Assembly (NCBI GenBank): GCA_030704615.1
Contig: CM060731.1
Coordinates: 83,762,001 to 83,826,000, forward strand
Length of the DNA stretch: 64,000 nt
Reading direction: 5' to 3'
Origin: Takakia lepidozioides
Taxonomy: Eukaryota; Plantae; Bryophyta
Positions 62,571 through 64,000 of this stretch are shown here, in pieces. The notes beneath the pieces were generated by a model. It worked only from the letters and a program-made list of their open reading frames with translations. It was not told where the DNA came from and did not search any database. Within the stretch, counting starts at the first letter, position 1; each line of letters starts with the position of its first letter. Both the position numbers and the translations under genes were made by a program.

Positions 62571-64000
62571 ATGCTCGAACCTGAGAGGGGGGGAGTTCGT
62601 GCACCAGACAGGAGACCTCGTCGCAAGCTCCGGAAATTATACTTCGGACGTAGGCCAATGCCGAAGGGGAGGAAGCAGATGCGTCTACAGGAGGAGATTG
62701 CCATCTCCGAGCAGCAGGCCACTCAGGCAACCCAGCCACCAGTGAGAGCTCCATGCGATCGGGCTGCGCGCAGCTGATCGAGCACCGAACCCCCCATTTT
62801 GCTTCTGTAATTCTTAGACTGAATGCTAGGAGACTTGAATGCAGAACATGTTTGCATGCCTAACAGGAAAGGTGGACGTGCTGGAGGGATCGCAGGAATC
62901 CGAAGAGCCGCAGGAAGAGTCCGAGGAGCTAGCTGCAGCACGTACACCCACCCGATCCCCGAGCGCGGGTATTCCTGCCGGGCCTAGCCCTCTGCGATTC
63001 AAAGACGCGTCTTCGAAGGGCAAGTTCAAAGTCCCAGAGATCGACTCGCGTTCTTCGGTCATGGAGAATCGCCAGCAGGGGTCGGGCCCTTCTCCAGCAA
63101 AGTCGAAGAAGAAGCAGCCCGTCCCTCTACTGGCTTCTGAACCGGCTCAGGCCGATTCACCCCCCCCAACGCGAATGAAGCAGCAGGGTAGAAGACAGAT
63201 TCAATTGCAGCAGACACCTTCACCTGCAAGGATGAGGAAGCAGAAGGCAATCAGGGCGACGGGCGAACAATCTCCCGCAAAACCGCTTCCACGAGCTGAA
63301 GCTCAGTTCCTGGAGGATTTCCCGCCTGCAGATGTTGGGGCCGACTCTGCTGCAGCGAAGGCAATGGGATCGACCGTTGATCTCGATTTGGTACCGGAGG
63401 AGGGTGCTGCCGCTCAACGTTCGCAGCAAGACCTCACCACCGATGAGCAAGCAGGCCCGGAGGAGGCCTCTGCAATGGCAGAATTGCCCGCACACAGGCC
63501 CCAGAGTGCAGCTCCAGTTGAGGATGCTCCAGCTGCTCAGCCACTACCGGCACCTACAGACATGTCTCCGGAGGATTTCAAAAGTGCAGCGGATAAAATG
63601 TTGGAGGAGACACACAGTAGCATTGGCAGAGTTCTGGGCAGCAGGGTATTCCAGCGGACTCTTCGAATCCCACTCTGTCGCATGGTCTCCCTTCCCATCG
63701 TCAGGCAGGCCCTTCCCGGAGATGTGGATAAGCTCAAGTTCGCATTTCGAGAAGGGTACCGTCTGGGATCGGCAGCGTTTTACGTTTCCATTGAGAATGA
63801 GGACGGCGAAACTCGTGGACCCACTGCCGATGAATTGTCAACGTGGGATACCCACTGGCACACTCGCAACCACGAATTCGAGGCGACGCTGAAGGGTGAT
63901 CCCGACTTCGGCCATATGTCGGGTAAAATGTTCTTTGTGTGGGACGGGAATCACCGACTTCTCGCCTGGTGGGAGTACATCAAGCAGAACCATGCCAAGC
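62571..64000 (+). CDS. 5' part of the ParB/Srx-like gene (acidic N-terminus, ParB-like domain about 63660-64000); start and integrity uncertain
   Basis: Open frame at the window end (not in the ORF track): LRIPLCRMVSLPIVRQALPGDVDKL...SGKMFFVWDGNHRLLAWWEYIKQNHAK, with DGNHR at 63943-63957. Confidence 0.72.

Larger units (their letters stand above)
55634..64000 (+). mobile_element. Left part of the most complete ParB-MTase MULE element (subfamily 1), running off the window
   Basis: Starts GAGGTTTACTATTTCATGAGC with (CATGAGC)n. Contains the transposase, the palindrome array and the start of the ParB-like gene. Confidence 0.88.

Overview
Eukaryotic, almost certainly land-plant DNA (probably non-seed; that is inference). 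It is a nested transposon cluster with one intact host gene, a six-exon BSD-domain gene at 42901-49662. Ordinary retroelements are present: a Ty3/gypsy chromovirus (4830-11674), a pol-deleted Ty3 element (11675-15651), a truncated Ty1/copia (38690-42640) and L1-type LINE pieces. There is also a CACTA transposase fragment next to two FCP1/NIF-type phosphatase ORFs. The main observation is a large Mutator-like DNA transposon family, seen as at least seven fragments from three or four diverged subfamilies. Its reconstructed layout is: end A (GAGGTTTACTATTTCATGAGC), then a transposase with GCM-like, MULE DDE and SWIM domains, then an array of 22-bp palindromes GGAAATGCGG-NN-CCGCATTTCC at a 53-bp period. 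Next come a divergently oriented spliced gene with an N-terminal ParB/Srx-like domain (DGNHR) and a C-terminal beta-class amino-DNA-methyltransferase-like domain, optional palindrome and cargo blocks, and end B (GCTCATGAAATAGCAGCCCCC). One insertion retains an 8-bp TSD. Each subfamily has its own palindrome variant around a shared CG-N4-CG core. Most copies are truncated or frameshifted. All domain calls come from motif recognition by eye; no database searches were run.
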